From assembly GCA_010093995.1 (NCBI GenBank), contig ML992512.1, positions 637,319-701,318 on the forward strand: DNA of 64,000 bases, read 5' to 3'. Shown piece after piece: positions 12,657-24,087 of this stretch. How positions within the stretch are numbered: position 1 is the first letter of the stretch; each line of letters begins with the position of its first letter. The DNA comes from Elsinoe ampelina. Its lineage: Eukaryota. Under the pieces are notes generated by a model, which saw only the letters and a list, made by a program, of their open reading frames with translations, was not told where the DNA came from and did no database searches. A program made the position numbers and the translations under genes.

Positions 12657-13148
12657 GTCGAGGGCTGGCAGCGAGTATTTGCCGAGCTCAATGAGGAGCT
12701 TGGTGGGTGCTTACACTCTCTCTGAGATGACGGTGTCGGCGGCGGGATCGCGATACTGATTGCCAGTGATGTGAGAAAATTCTGAGAGGTTAGCAGTGGC
12801 AGTGGAAGTTTCTTCACGTCCGGAGTCTCTTGTGTGAGTATCACATGTCACGCACTCCAAGCACTGACTCTACCATCCCTATCGATGTGAATATCTTCAT
12901 TCCGTCTACCTCTATCTATGCTACCCTCCCATATCGACATTCCTCTCCCTCCACTCCCCACTGTCAGGCCGTTATACATCACCCCCTTGGTGCTCCAAAT
13001 AGCATCAAACAAACCACGATCGCTGATGCGAATGCGATGCGACCAAACCAAAAAGCAGTAACAGAACATGTATGTTCAAGAATCGAAACCCTCCCCAGCA
13101 GTCCTTTGTCCCTTCCTCCTCCCTCCCACAATGACCGTGAGAAGATGA

Positions 13149-15496
13149 TCATGCCCATCTCCCCCTCAACCCCTCCCGCCACCTACCCCAGAGTCCTTCC
13201 TCGACTTGCCCTACCATCTCTCCCTCCCCTTCCCTTTTCCTCCCTGGCAACCTCTCCTCGAATAACCTCGTCTTGTACTCTTCTTCCTTTATCTTCTGCT
13301 CCTCGATCAACGCCAATTGACTCTGCTTCTTCCGCAACGTCTTCATGTGCGGATTCTTCTCGCTCATGGTCAACTTGCCGCTCGGGCTACGGGTCCCGGA
13401 GAGGTTAGAGTTGCTGCTTGCTCTATGGAGGGAGGGAGAGGCAGGAGCGGCAAGAGACGGCGATGTCACGCTTGCGACTCGATCGGCGCGGCGGCTGGGT
13501 GTCATTGGCGCTTTGAGAGGGGAGCCGGCTTCGCTCGCTCGGGACTTCTTGGGAGACGAGACTGGAGAATTGGCGGCTGATCGAGGAGTCTTTGCTACCC
13601 GTAGCGAGGCTAGCTGAGCCGAGGCGATGCGGTTTGGCATAAGTGCGGCAGCGAGTTTGGGGTCTGACTCAAGGCGGGAGAGCATGGCTTTGAGTAGAGC
13701 AAATTCTCCTTCTGGATCTTGAGCGTCCAGGGCGGTGAGAGCGGCCGCAGCGTTTGAGAGCAATTGACGGGACGTCGTGGTGGAAGTGGTGGCGAGGACT
13801 TCTTGTAATGCTGGATCAATCACCTTTTGGTGCACCCGCCTACCAAGCAAAGACTCCTTTGTGTTGGCTTCAACCGGAGCTTTAGGCTTGTCAAGGTCCG
13901 AAAGCGGGAGAGAAGTGAGCGGTGGACGGTTCTCAGCGTCTGAGTCTGGAGGTGTCACTGGATCGGAAGAGGATAGTGATTGTCGTGATTGTGGAGGATT
14001 GGGTTGAGCACCTGATGATACTCGTTGGAAAGCCCGGACAGTGGATGTGGCGTTCCCGTATGTGATGTCAACACCTAGTGGTGCCTTTGTTTGGTGACTA
14101 ACCCGTCGAGCAGTGGGCTGCGAAGTAGATGCTTGACGAGACACTCGGCGTGCTGTAGGCGATGAGATGGTACCCCCCACCCTGAATGCGGTCGAGGGTT
14201 TCCGAACGGTCGAATGAGCAGTCTTAGGTGTGTTGATGGTCGAGCCTCTCGAAATGTTGCCAGGTGAGGATCCCAATGGCGCCTTCTCCACCGATAGGTG
14301 TTCCATAGCTTCAATCGCTGAGTCTAAGCCCGAGTCCGTGCTGTCCGACGGCACTCTAGATAGCTTTCGCCGTTTGATCGTGTGCTTTGATAGCGCAGGT
14401 TTCGCCATGGTGGAAGGCTTGATCGTGTCGAATACCCAATCGTCCTCGTCTGATGGTGCCGATACATTTCTCAAGGTCTCCTCGTAGAAACGAGTCTTGT
14501 CCGATCTTTCCGTAGTGGTGCTGAGCTTCTGTGCCTTGACGACCAGGTCCCGAAGCGCTTCGGTCTTGCCTGCCTTTGTGATGAAGCGGTGCTTGAGCAG
14601 TGCCTTTGCTGTTGGTCGACGCTCGGGCTCCTTGTTCAGACATGCTGTGATAAAGTCTTTGAAGTCCTTTGACCAGTTCGGACCCTCTAATCGTGGTGGC
14701 TTCTCTTTTGGAATTAAGAACAGCACTTTCATCGGATGCACATTGCTGTGCGGTGGTTCTCCTAGCGCAAGCTCAATGGCAGTAATCCCGAGACTCCAGA
14801 TGTCTGCTTTAAAGTCGTAACCTGCCTCTTGTATCACCTCGGGTGCCATCCAGAAGGGTGTGCCTACAAAGGTCATTCTTTGCGACTTGATGTTAGTCAG
14901 TTGCGCTGCGACGCCAAAGTCAGCTAGCTTGACGTTGCCATTGCTCGACAAGAGCACGTTGGCAGCCTTGATGTCTCTGTGAATTTTGCCTGTGCTGTGC
15001 AAGTAGTCGAGACCGCTGAGGAGTTCACGCATGACGATTGCAATCTGTGCTTCGTTGAAGGAACCTGGCTTGAGCTGGATCTGTGTCAGCGACGTACCCA
15101 CTGTACCCACCACGAGACTGCCATACCAGGTCCAAGCATGAGCCACCCCCGAGAAACTCCATGACTATCCAGAGTTTTGTGCCTCGAACAAAGCTCGCCT
15201 TGTATCTTGTTACCCATTCACTGGAACATGTGCTCAGCAATGATATCTCTTGCTGTATCTCTTGTATGTCATCGTCATTCCCTTCGAGGTCAATCTATGC
15301 AGAGTCAGACTCGGTCCAGGGAATTGGAGAGTCAATTCGTACATGTTTGATAGCCACCAGCTCGCCAGTCGATCGCTCTACAGCTTTGTAGACGACACCG
15401 AAGCTTCCACCTGCAAGCAATATCAGTGCTGCCCAGCCATCCGAGTACATCTTACATACTGCCCAGCTCCTCTAGCATTTGGTAATCGTCGGCCAT
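13149..15496 (-). CDS. Ste20/GCK-family Ser/Thr kinase, Sid1/SepL-like; introns 15411-15459, 15295-15342, 15075-15126
   Basis: Spliced N-terminus [22 protein letters not shown]...VAIKHIDLE, followed by [22 protein letters not shown] and [11 protein letters not shown]. Confidence 0.88.
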
Positions 15497-16459
15497 TGCA
15501 GCCTCGTCGAAAGCTGAAGGCATCTTGGTCTGGTCAATCGACCTCGAGAAGCGTAGTATCGAGTAGTGGTGGTCTAGAATGCTCAAATGGAGTCAGAGAA
15601 TGACAACAGTTGGGCCGATGGCGTCAGAGAGGGTGCGGGCGATTCCATAGCATATAAGAATAGAGGACCGGAGAGGAAGTATGTAACATGTCAGGTCTGC
15701 ACGGTGACGATCTAGCGCAGTTCTGGGTGGTCGAATGGCCGACAGAGAAGAGGACCAGTGGGTGGGTATGTACCAAGCGGCCAGACATGCGACCTGACTC
15801 AATCGATGGAGAGTGGACGTTTGCATACGATCCACGCTGAATGTTTGGCGCTAGTGGTTGTCACATCAACCGCTGTTAAGAAGAGGACCTATCGGAATCT
15901 CAGTATTCTGTTAATGCCAACGGCATCAGCATATATATGTCCAGACATCAATTATTATCAGATCCATACGAAATATACCTATGTACAGTTGTCTGCTCAA
16001 TTGATGGCAAACTTCGCTGTAAACACCCGCGACCTGTCCTACCACATCAAAAGCAAAGTCTCACATATCGCGCTCAGACACCGCGCAGATCATTCTCACG
16101 GCGCAACCAAGCCCATCTTTAATTTCCCATGACTTGCGTGACGGCAGCCATGACTTCACGATGCCCGTTGCCGTCTTGAAAATAGTATCGAACGTCCTCC
16201 GAAACCGCTAAGCCCTATGACTGCTCTACACCGGTCTGTTTTCACAGTGTGTACCGCTTTAAGCTGCACGTTGGACCTGGGAGATTGGCACCATCAAGAC
16301 TACAACGCAGCGGGGGATAGTCCAGATACCACTGATATACATATCAGGAAGAACGTCATAGGCAAGTCTGAGACCTCGCCGTCGCTCCGGGAGACTTCTG
16401 TCAGGGTCCATGCACCTGGTAGGTTTCGTCTACGGACGCTGCCGGTGCCTTGGGACAGA

Positions 16460-17245
16460 TCAGGGTCCTTGCTTCTGTCTACCATCATCCTTTAATCCTG
16501 CTCTGCGGTCTGTTCGGAAAGTCAAGCTCACTCTCCGCCATCCAAGAGGCTTTGACGAAGCACTTGTCCGTCTAATTTCGTGTTGCCAGGTGCTCCTGGC
16601 GTCGCCGCGGAGGATCAGCAGACTCCTTTTGTCCATCACGACATCTTCCCTTCGACCTGTCCTTGGTGCCGAAGACGCCTTTCCGGATCTCACACTACCA
16701 TCATGGGCAGTTTCCAATTCGTGGAATCGCATGGTGTCCTGACCGACTAGTGTCAGTGAGCACACTGGCTCTCCAAAGCGGAAGTTCTCGACGTGTGCTG
16801 AGATGCCTTGGCCAGGAAGGTATTCATTGACGATGCAATAATCTGGTGGGCAGTCGTCTTGATACAGGTCCTGATCGACCATCCTATCCACGACGAAGCG
16901 CAACTCATCTGGCATTATAGGCGCTTGTAGGATTGTCTGCTCTATCTTCTTGCGTTCCTCGGCTGTGCAACCTTTCGTAGGCATGAGACAGAACGTGCCT
17001 CCGAAATGCATAGTCCGTCTGGACAGGTCTGTTCGCCATGTCTGAGCATCAAGAAATGCAAGTATCGACTTCTCCTCGTCAAGAGTGACGAAGTTGCTGA
17101 TTATGCTGAGTCCACGAGGGGCATTGACTGCTACCTCTTTATACTCAAGTTGTGATGTCGGAAAGTCTTTCGCGCTGGCATCTCCAGTCTTACTCTTCTT
17201 CTCTGACGGTAAGAAGAAATCTTCCAGTGTCCCTCGCTTGCCCAT
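16460..17245 (-). CDS. AlkB-family 2OG-Fe(II) oxygenase
   Basis: RRTMHFG, IVNEYLPGQGISAHVE, SLLILRGDARSTWQHEI, RRVSLTFR. First ATG is 17245 (the track starts at a GTG). Confidence 0.85.
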   Translation of the reverse strand: MGKRGTLEDFFLPSEKKSKTGDASAKDFPTSQLEYKEVAVNAPRGLSIISNFVTLDEEKSILAFLDAQTWRTDLSRRTMHFGGTFCLMPTKGCTAEERKKIEQTILQAPIMPDELRFVVDRMVDQDLYQDDCPPDYCIVNEYLPGQGISAHVENFRFGEPVCSLTLVGQDTMRFHELETAHDGSVRSGKASSAPRTGRREDVVMDKRSLLILRGDARSTWQHEIRRTSASSKPLGWRRVSLTFRTDRRAGLKDDGRQKQGP

Positions 17246-17588
17246 TGGCACTGCACAGTCTAAATCACCTTCGTACTGAAGGATCGGAGTCTACATGACT
17301 CAAAGAATCGATTGCAACCGTAGAAGAATGGTCATGCAGAAAGACGTTTGTTTTGAAAGGATCCGAGCTGTTTGGCGGAGGTGAACCTCATTCCATCGTC
17401 ATTCTGACCCCGCAGACGGGAACAGATCTCGTTGTAGATCGATCTGAACCTTACAGCTTGATAGCACCGCATGTAGCTAGCTTGACGAGATATCTGCAAG
17501 AGCTTGTCACAATTTCAACATGTCTGCCGTTTCTGCTTGACCTTTTGGCTGGCAAGTTCGTGACTTCTGTCTCACAATTGAACACCGT

Positions 17589-18447
17589 ATGGCAGCTTCC
17601 TTTCGACACTTTTCTCGCCCAGCCACGCGAGCACGTCAACTTCAAGCTCATATTCTCAGAAGACCGTCTCCGCTGACAGCTCGTTTGAACCTTTCTTCAA
17701 GCTCCATCAGTATGGCCCAGGAACAACGTCGCGGCGAGGAGACGGAGGGCATCTCAGAGTGGAAGAAGAGAGCTCCGTACCGTGTCCACGACGACAATGA
17801 GACCTTTCCGGTCAAATATGAGGCGAATTGTCACTGCGGTCGTGTCAAGTACCAGCTTTCGAGAGACGAACCTCTTGACTCCAAATTGTGCCATTGCACG
17901 ACCTGCCAGACTCAGCATGGTACGTTCAACCTCACACGCCGCGAAATAGTCTTTACTGACATTTCCCAAGCTGCTCCTTTCCAGTGGGCTGCTATCTTCC
18001 ACAAGGATGATATCAACTTCACGAATGGCCACCATGAGCTCGAATGGTACGACCCGACCGACAAAAGTATCGAGCACAAGCTGCCGTGCAAGGTCCGCTG
18101 CTCCTACTGTCACAGTCCTATCATGGATGAAGGACGCAACATGATTCTGCTATTCCCAAGTCTGGTCCATCTAAAGACCAAAGAAGCCAAAGACAAATTC
18201 AAGCCGAGGTCAGTATCGCCTCTCAAGCTCTGCCGTATCCTTTCCTAATGCTGGAAGCAGGCTCCATATGTTCTACGGTCAGCGCGTCATGGATATTCCT
18301 GACGGGCTACCAAAATGGTCCGGTATCAACGAAGAGAGCGACCTTATCGAGGACAGCCCGCCTGAGCTTGTCCGCGAGCATGAAAGGAAGAGGGAGGAAT
18401 CCAGGGCGAAGAGAAGAAAGGAGGAAGAGTCGAAGGATGACAAGTGA
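17589..18447 (+). CDS. GFA/CENP-V (Mss4-like) zinc protein; introns 17920-17970 and 18209-18260
   Basis: CHCGRVKY, CHCTTCQ, CSYCHSP and HMFYGQRVMDIPDGLPKW after splicing. Second in-frame ATG at 17712. Confidence 0.85.
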
Positions 18448-18876
18448 TCGACGATCATTCCCAATGATGAGACGATATGATGAAGATGCATTGGAAGGAG
18501 AAGCGGCGAGATGAGTGAAGATTGAGCATGTGGGATCACAGCCCTACACCTCCGTCTTGATTTGCTGGCAGTCGAGACTTCCAGAAACAATACCGAATGA
18601 GAACCGAGATGACGCTGACGCCTGTCAACGCGAACACCTTAATTTATCGTGATTGTCCTTTGGCTGGATTGCGTTTCCACCATCAGTCTTTTGAAAGGTG
18701 GTGGAATTCATGCACGCGATCAAAACCCCACGCGGACGTGCCAAGACAATGCTTTGACTTCACTTGATTGTGAGCATTTTGCCGACGAATATGTATGGGT
18801 CAATTGACTCCATATCCTCCACCATGGAACTTACACCGCTTCAGCTACTACTCCAATTCGCCGGCTGTGCCGCATA

Positions 18877-21800
18877 ATGCCAGCAAAGCGCAAGCGAAAC
18901 TACGAAGCATCTACGAGTAAGAAACGACTGAAGCAGGACGATCGCATAGAGCTCGGTGAGCCAGACGTCTTCGAAGTCGAGGAGATCCTAGAGGAAGACG
19001 CGAAGCGATACCGTATAGCCTGGGCGTCGAACTCGACTACAGGACAGGTTTACTCGCCCACTTGGGAGAAGAAGAGCAACGTAAATCAAGAGGCAATCGA
19101 CGACTGGGAAGCCAAAAAGAGGCAGAGGGAGACAACTTCCACCACACCGAAGAGAGCCAGAGGGCGACCAAAGAAGCTAGCCACAGGCAGTAATACTGGT
19201 AGTACATCTACAAAACGTAGAGTCCAGAGGCGCCAACCAGAAAGCTCGCCTGCAACTCCCATACCTGGACGTTCAAGAAGAATCATTGAGAGCTCGCCCT
19301 CGTTAGGAACACCAGGGACGAACACCTCTGCAAGATCCCGGAGATCTGTTACAAAGCCTCAAGAATACCAAGTTGAGGATTCCGAATCTCCTGCATCTCA
19401 ATCTCAACCTGCGCCACACAGATCTTTTGAGATATCAATTCCACAACTCCGTCAGTCGCAACAGGACCAGTACTCCTATCATACTTCATCGCCAAGCTTT
19501 CCGTCTTCTCAAATCATCACTGGTACAGCCCCTCAGCCAGGTGAATCATCTTCAGAGCAGGCGAGTGGGTCGCAACCCCTGGTAGACGCTGCAGCTGCGC
19601 CAGATCTTACTCAGAAGTACTCTCAATATCAGCACGTCGATACTTCAGCATCAGGCGAGGATACCACTACCAGTGCTGAAGCAACGCGGTCGGATCTGCA
19701 GGAGCAAGCCGAATCTGGAAGTTTCCAAGTCTCCGCGAGAAGTCACCCCGATCAGGCTGCTTCACAAAGCTACGTACCACCAACCCAGACTACCTCAAAG
19801 AACTCAAGTAGCGGCTCAGTGCTTGACAACATCTCGATAGAGGTTGATCAGAACGTAGAAGATATCTCAGACGGATCCGCCAGTAGCCCTGGTGTTCCGC
19901 CACGATCACGTGGACGTCTAGAAGACCGCAGCTCCCTGTCTCGTGGCTTCGACTCGAGCCCGACATCTTCTTCACCGATAGAGCAGCCAGATCTTCAAGC
20001 TGGTGCTGAAGCAACAAGGAGATCTCAACCCGCTGAAGGACTTGCCACACACATCAGCGAGACGATCGAGGAGCGCGACTTTGCCGGTACCGTGCTATCC
20101 GCATCCCAGCTACCCATCGTAGTGTCCTCAGCAAGCCCCGGGATACGCAGTTTCCAAGGCACGCAGGTCTCGGACGAACCTCTCCAGAGACGGCTACTCG
20201 GGGAACGTCACAATCTACCATCGAGTATTGACTCAGCGATCTTCTCTGTACCGCCGAACAGCGCCAATTCACCACCAGAAGGCCTTCAAGTCCGATCTGT
20301 GACTGCGGAGAGCCGCACAATTTCTCAATCCACAAGTCGACAGCAAGCTGCCTCGCAGTCCTCGAAGCGAAGCTCACCTAGATCCAAGGCACCGCAGGGG
20401 GCAACGCAGCGATCGCAGCTGGGATCGCCATTTCGAGAATCGGGAGAACACCCACAAAGTCTCGACAACGACAGATCGGCCAGCAACAGCACGAATCTCG
20501 ACTTCAAGACGCAGATATCCTATACGCACTCAACGCGCCCACAACGAGCTGGTATTGGTCTAGATCTTCTTGGTCTTATTCAGAACAAGGGCGTCCCGTC
20601 GAAGACTCATTCTCGAAACAATTCCACGGGAGCCCCTGTCGATATATCGTCCAGCTCTCTCCCTCAGCCACCTAGTCAGTGGCCGGAAACATTCCGATCT
20701 GCGCCTCCGAGGCCAGATACGCTCTCTGATCTTCCCATCACACCGACCAGAGCTATGAACTCGAGATCGCCCAGATCGGTACCAAGCGATACCACGAGTA
20801 AAATACAAGAGCTCAAGGAGGCTGGTGGCCCGATTACACCTGCTCAGCGAAGCATAGGTATGACGACCAGAAGTTCTGCCAATCGTGCGGGATCTCCTGC
20901 CCTTGCTCGTGATGCCAGGTCTCCCTCAGCAGTCCCGTCTGCCGAGATTATACCTATGCCGACAGAAGAGGAGAATAGGACGTCTGAGAGATACCTCACA
21001 CTAGGCCCCGAGAAACCACAGGATGCGAAACGAAAGAGGAAAACTCTACCGTCTGGCATCGTCGATGAGCCGACCGCTGAAGCTCAACACCAATTAGCTC
21101 AGACCACGAATAGTTGCGACGACACGAACTTGAATGACAGCACTGAAATGATTGCTGCGAACGAATTCCTGGTTCCTATATTCTTCCATGGTGGTCAACG
21201 AGACACGTACAAGCTGAGTATAGGCTGGGATAGAAATTTCATAGATCAATTTCTTGGTCAATCGTGGCCAGAAAATTCGCCCATGCATGACAAGGCCCAG
21301 ATCCTGGTCAGCAAGCTGCACAACGTGGAAAGCCACCCGGACTTGCTAAACGAGGAATCTTTCACACAGGCGCAGATCAGCTCTGAACAGAAAGCTGAAT
21401 GGGATAAGGACACGAGCACCAAATTCCGCTTCCTCCATGACTTGCTGGCAGGACTCGTTGACCAAAACAAGCATGTCGTAATTGATGTAGAGCAAGGTCG
21501 ATTGCTCGATGTTCTTGACAACTTCCTGACCGGTCTGCACATTGAGCATGTCACGGCCGGTAGTGAGGACAAGCTTTCGCAGGACACTGGACTGAAGGTC
21601 ACGTTACTGCCCAAGCATATTTCGGCAAACAATAGTCCTACCGCCGATTTTATGATTGGCTTCGAAGGATCCATCACTCTTATCGAAGAAGAGCGGAAGA
21701 GTCTCCGCACCCGTGCCGATGGTGCTGTTGGCCCTCTCCTTTATCTGGTCATTCCAAAGACCGCCGAGCACATCGAGCGATATCTCCGGGACGATCCGTA

Positions 21801-23070
21801 TGCTTCAATGTCCTCCAGTCGCAGGCTGGCTATCCTGATCGAGAATACTGGTCTCCTAAGGAACGAAGCTGGCCTCCGCCAGATTCATGACCAGGACTCG
21901 CAGAATTGTGCAGCCTCGATTGTGATGTGGCTTTTAGATGGCCATGCTTCATCCGACTGGCCTGTAGATGACTTGCCGGACCTTGCACTCAAAGATCCCA
22001 CGTCCGAATCACAGGCGACCACAGCAAGCGAATCGACCCAGCCAGTCCCGGCATCGACTAGCTCTAAGCGCTCATTGGACGATACGATCTCACCAGCAGC
22101 GAAGAAAGCTCGCACCGATGGACCTCCATCATCAGCCCTCGATATGCCCTCTACCATAAATCCTTCCGCGCTCTCACTGTCTGGCGTCACTGATTCCAAC
22201 CATGTCCTGGCAGCGTCCGAATACATCTCTGATCTTGCCAATCTGCGCGCGGAACATGAAGCGACCGAGTCCTCGCTTCGCGGCGAACTTTCAGCTCTTG
22301 CCAGACGTCTAGCAGAGCACGTTACTGCACTCGAAGAGCTGCAGTATCGCTACGAAGATATCCGGACCGAACTTGTGAAGACCCGAGTGGAACGCGACGG
22401 AGCATACACCACAGCAGCAACCGCGACCGCTCAATTGTCGACCCGTGACTCAATCATCAGCAAGGTCAAGACCGAACGAGATGCATACAAGATGCAAGCA
22501 GAGGAGGCGAAAGCCGCACTTCACAGTCACGTCGTTCCTGAGCTAGCAGAAATCCAAAAGCTCCAGACCCGCCTCGAGGAAGCAGAGAAAGACAAAATCA
22601 AGCTCGAAGGCCGCGTCGAATCCGCCCGCAAAGAAGCCGAATACGTCCGCACCCTCTACCAAGACGCCAGCTCCAAAGCAGCGGACATGGCCGACAAAAC
22701 GACCGAAATGCAGGACCAAGTCGCCGACCTGAAGCGGCGCGCCAGCGTGGCCGCTCAGCAAGCCCGACTCGCCAGCAAAGACGGCGCGAACCAGACCCTC
22801 CGTAAAGAGATCAGGAAATTGCGTCTTGAGGTCGTTGATCGGGAGAGGGTGCTCAAGGCCAAGGATGAGGAGATTGCGAGGTTGAAGGAGAAGGAGAGGG
22901 GTAGGATGGGGACACGGGGAGGGAGTGTGCCGAGATCGCCCGGTAGGTTGGGGAGTCCGATGAGATTGGAGCCGCCCAGGAGTAGTGGCGTGGGAAGCAG
23001 GGCGGCGAGTCCAAGGAGGGGGTCGCCGGCGGCGGGGACGTTGACTGGCAAGAGCAAGCTGGGAAGATGA
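18877..23070 (+). CDS. Chromodomain + AT-hook + HDA2/3-like + coiled-coil chromatin protein (1397 aa)
   Basis: N-terminal FEVEEIL...YRIAW...YSPTWE chromodomain; KRARGRPKK; SHPDLL...STKFRFLHDLL...LLDVLDNFL resembles the HDA1-complex subunit 2/3 fold; long C-terminal heptad region. Confidence 0.72.
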   Translation: MPAKRKRNYEASTSKKRLKQDDRIELGEPDVFEVEEILEEDAKRYRIAWASNSTTGQVYSPTWEKKSNVNQEAIDDWEAKKRQRETTSTTPKRARGRPKKLATGSNTGSTSTKRRVQRRQPESSPATPIPGRSRRIIESSPSLGTPGTNTSARSRRSVTKPQEYQVEDSESPASQSQPAPHRSFEISIPQLRQSQQDQYSYHTSSPSFPSSQIITGTAPQPGESSSEQASGSQPLVDAAAAPDLTQKYSQYQHVDTSASGEDTTTSAEATRSDLQEQAESGSFQVSARSHPDQAASQSYVPPTQTTSKNSSSGSVLDNISIEVDQNVEDISDGSASSPGVPPRSRGRLEDRSSLSRGFDSSPTSSSPIEQPDLQAGAEATRRSQPAEGLATHISETIEERDFAGTVLSASQLPIVVSSASPGIRSFQGTQVSDEPLQRRLLGERHNLPSSIDSAIFSVPPNSANSPPEGLQVRSVTAESRTISQSTSRQQAASQSSKRSSPRSKAPQGATQRSQLGSPFRESGEHPQSLDNDRSASNSTNLDFKTQISYTHSTRPQRAGIGLDLLGLIQNKGVPSKTHSRNNSTGAPVDISSSSLPQPPSQWPETFRSAPPRPDTLSDLPITPTRAMNSRSPRSVPSDTTSKIQELKEAGGPITPAQRSIGMTTRSSANRAGSPALARDARSPSAVPSAEIIPMPTEEENRTSERYLTLGPEKPQDAKRKRKTLPSGIVDEPTAEAQHQLAQTTNSCDDTNLNDSTEMIAANEFLVPIFFHGGQRDTYKLSIGWDRNFIDQFLGQSWPENSPMHDKAQILVSKLHNVESHPDLLNEESFTQAQISSEQKAEWDKDTSTKFRFLHDLLAGLVDQNKHVVIDVEQGRLLDVLDNFLTGLHIEHVTAGSEDKLSQDTGLKVTLLPKHISANNSPTADFMIGFEGSITLIEEERKSLRTRADGAVGPLLYLVIPKTAEHIERYLRDDPYASMSSSRRLAILIENTGLLRNEAGLRQIHDQDSQNCAASIVMWLLDGHASSDWPVDDLPDLALKDPTSESQATTASESTQPVPASTSSKRSLDDTISPAAKKARTDGPPSSALDMPSTINPSALSLSGVTDSNHVLAASEYISDLANLRAEHEATESSLRGELSALARRLAEHVTALEELQYRYEDIRTELVKTRVERDGAYTTAATATAQLSTRDSIISKVKTERDAYKMQAEEAKAALHSHVVPELAEIQKLQTRLEEAEKDKIKLEGRVESARKEAEYVRTLYQDASSKAADMADKTTEMQDQVADLKRRASVAAQQARLASKDGANQTLRKEIRKLRLEVVDRERVLKAKDEEIARLKEKERGRMGTRGGSVPRSPGRLGSPMRLEPPRSSGVGSRAASPRRGSPAAGTLTGKSKLGR

Positions 23071-23250
23071 AGACAGGAGCATGAGTCCCATGGCCCGGCG
23101 GGAGGGAAGTGTCTAGCTGGCGAGATTCATGGAAGAGCCAAGTTCTAGCATGAGATAGCATCAGCATGGACACTGTCCCTCTATACAAGCATTGGTTCTA
23201 TGCGTCTATCATCTATCCCATCATTATGCATCACCCTCACCCCTGCCTGT

Positions 23251-23994
23251 CTACACAGATCCACCAACCAGCCCCGCCAGTCCCCTCTGATGCTCCTCCA
23301 ACTGCCTCCCAATATCCCCATCGACACCCCTCCCTCCCGTCCCATCCTGCCTGTCCACAGCCTCAAACTCCTCCTTACCCGTCTCGCCCTCAGTCCCATC
23401 CCTCCCGATCCAAAACCGCATCTTCTCCCGCTTGAACGTCTCAAAGTCCCACTCCTCGTCCTCCAGCCTGTTCTCCCCCGCAATCCAGATATACGTCTCC
23501 GCCTCGACCTCCTCTCCCTCTTCCATCTCCTCAGCGTCTACCACAATCTCTGCTTTCTCCTGCTTCGCTCCCTCGCATCCTCCTACCTCACCACTATCCC
23601 CTCCTTTCAACCCCCCTCCTGCCTCCCCCCCTGTTCCTCCCTCTCCCCTTTCCCCCACCCCACCAGCACCCTCCCTCACCACCAACCTCCTCACCCCAAC
23701 CTTCCGCCTCTCATACTCCCCCCCTTCAAATATATCTAACCTCCTAACATCCGCATCCGTCAACCCCGCCGCCAACGTCCCCCTCACACTCGCCGACGCT
23801 GTCGACGGGACGACAGCAGGGTAGTCCGCGCCGCGCACACGGTGGCGTCGGTGGGACGGGAGAAGCGCGGGGTAGGTGCGCACGTAGGACGACGAGGGCG
23901 TGGGGAAGGTGGGGTTGGAGGGGCCGTGGATGACGCGGTGCAGGATCGGGGGGAAGGTGAGGGTGCCGTAGAAGAAGAGGGTTTTGTCGCCCAT
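23251..23994 (-). CDS. AIG2-like / gamma-glutamylcyclotransferase family protein
   Basis: LFFYGTL, RHRVRGADYPA, LDIFEGGEYER, AETYIW, EWDFETF. Confidence 0.85.
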   Translation of the reverse strand: MGDKTLFFYGTLTFPPILHRVIHGPSNPTFPTPSSSYVRTYPALLPSHRRHRVRGADYPAVVPSTASASVRGTLAAGLTDADVRRLDIFEGGEYERRKVGVRRLVVREGAGGVGERGEGGTGGEAGGGLKGGDSGEVGGCEGAKQEKAEIVVDAEEMEEGEEVEAETYIWIAGENRLEDEEWDFETFKREKMRFWIGRDGTEGETGKEEFEAVDRQDGTGGRGVDGDIGRQLEEHQRGLAGLVGGSV

Positions 23995-24041
23995 TGGTCG
24001 CTGGCTCGGAGAAGGGGGGTATCCTGACGGGGGCGTAGTGT

Positions 24042-24087
24042 GGAATTGGAGGTGGAGGGGTGTAAGGGAATTGGAGGTGGAGGGGTG
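24042..24087 (+). repeat. 21-bp direct repeat GGAATTGGAGGTGGAGGGGTG x2 upstream of the AIG2-like gene
   Basis: Copies at 24042-24062 and 24067-24087. Confidence 0.8.
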
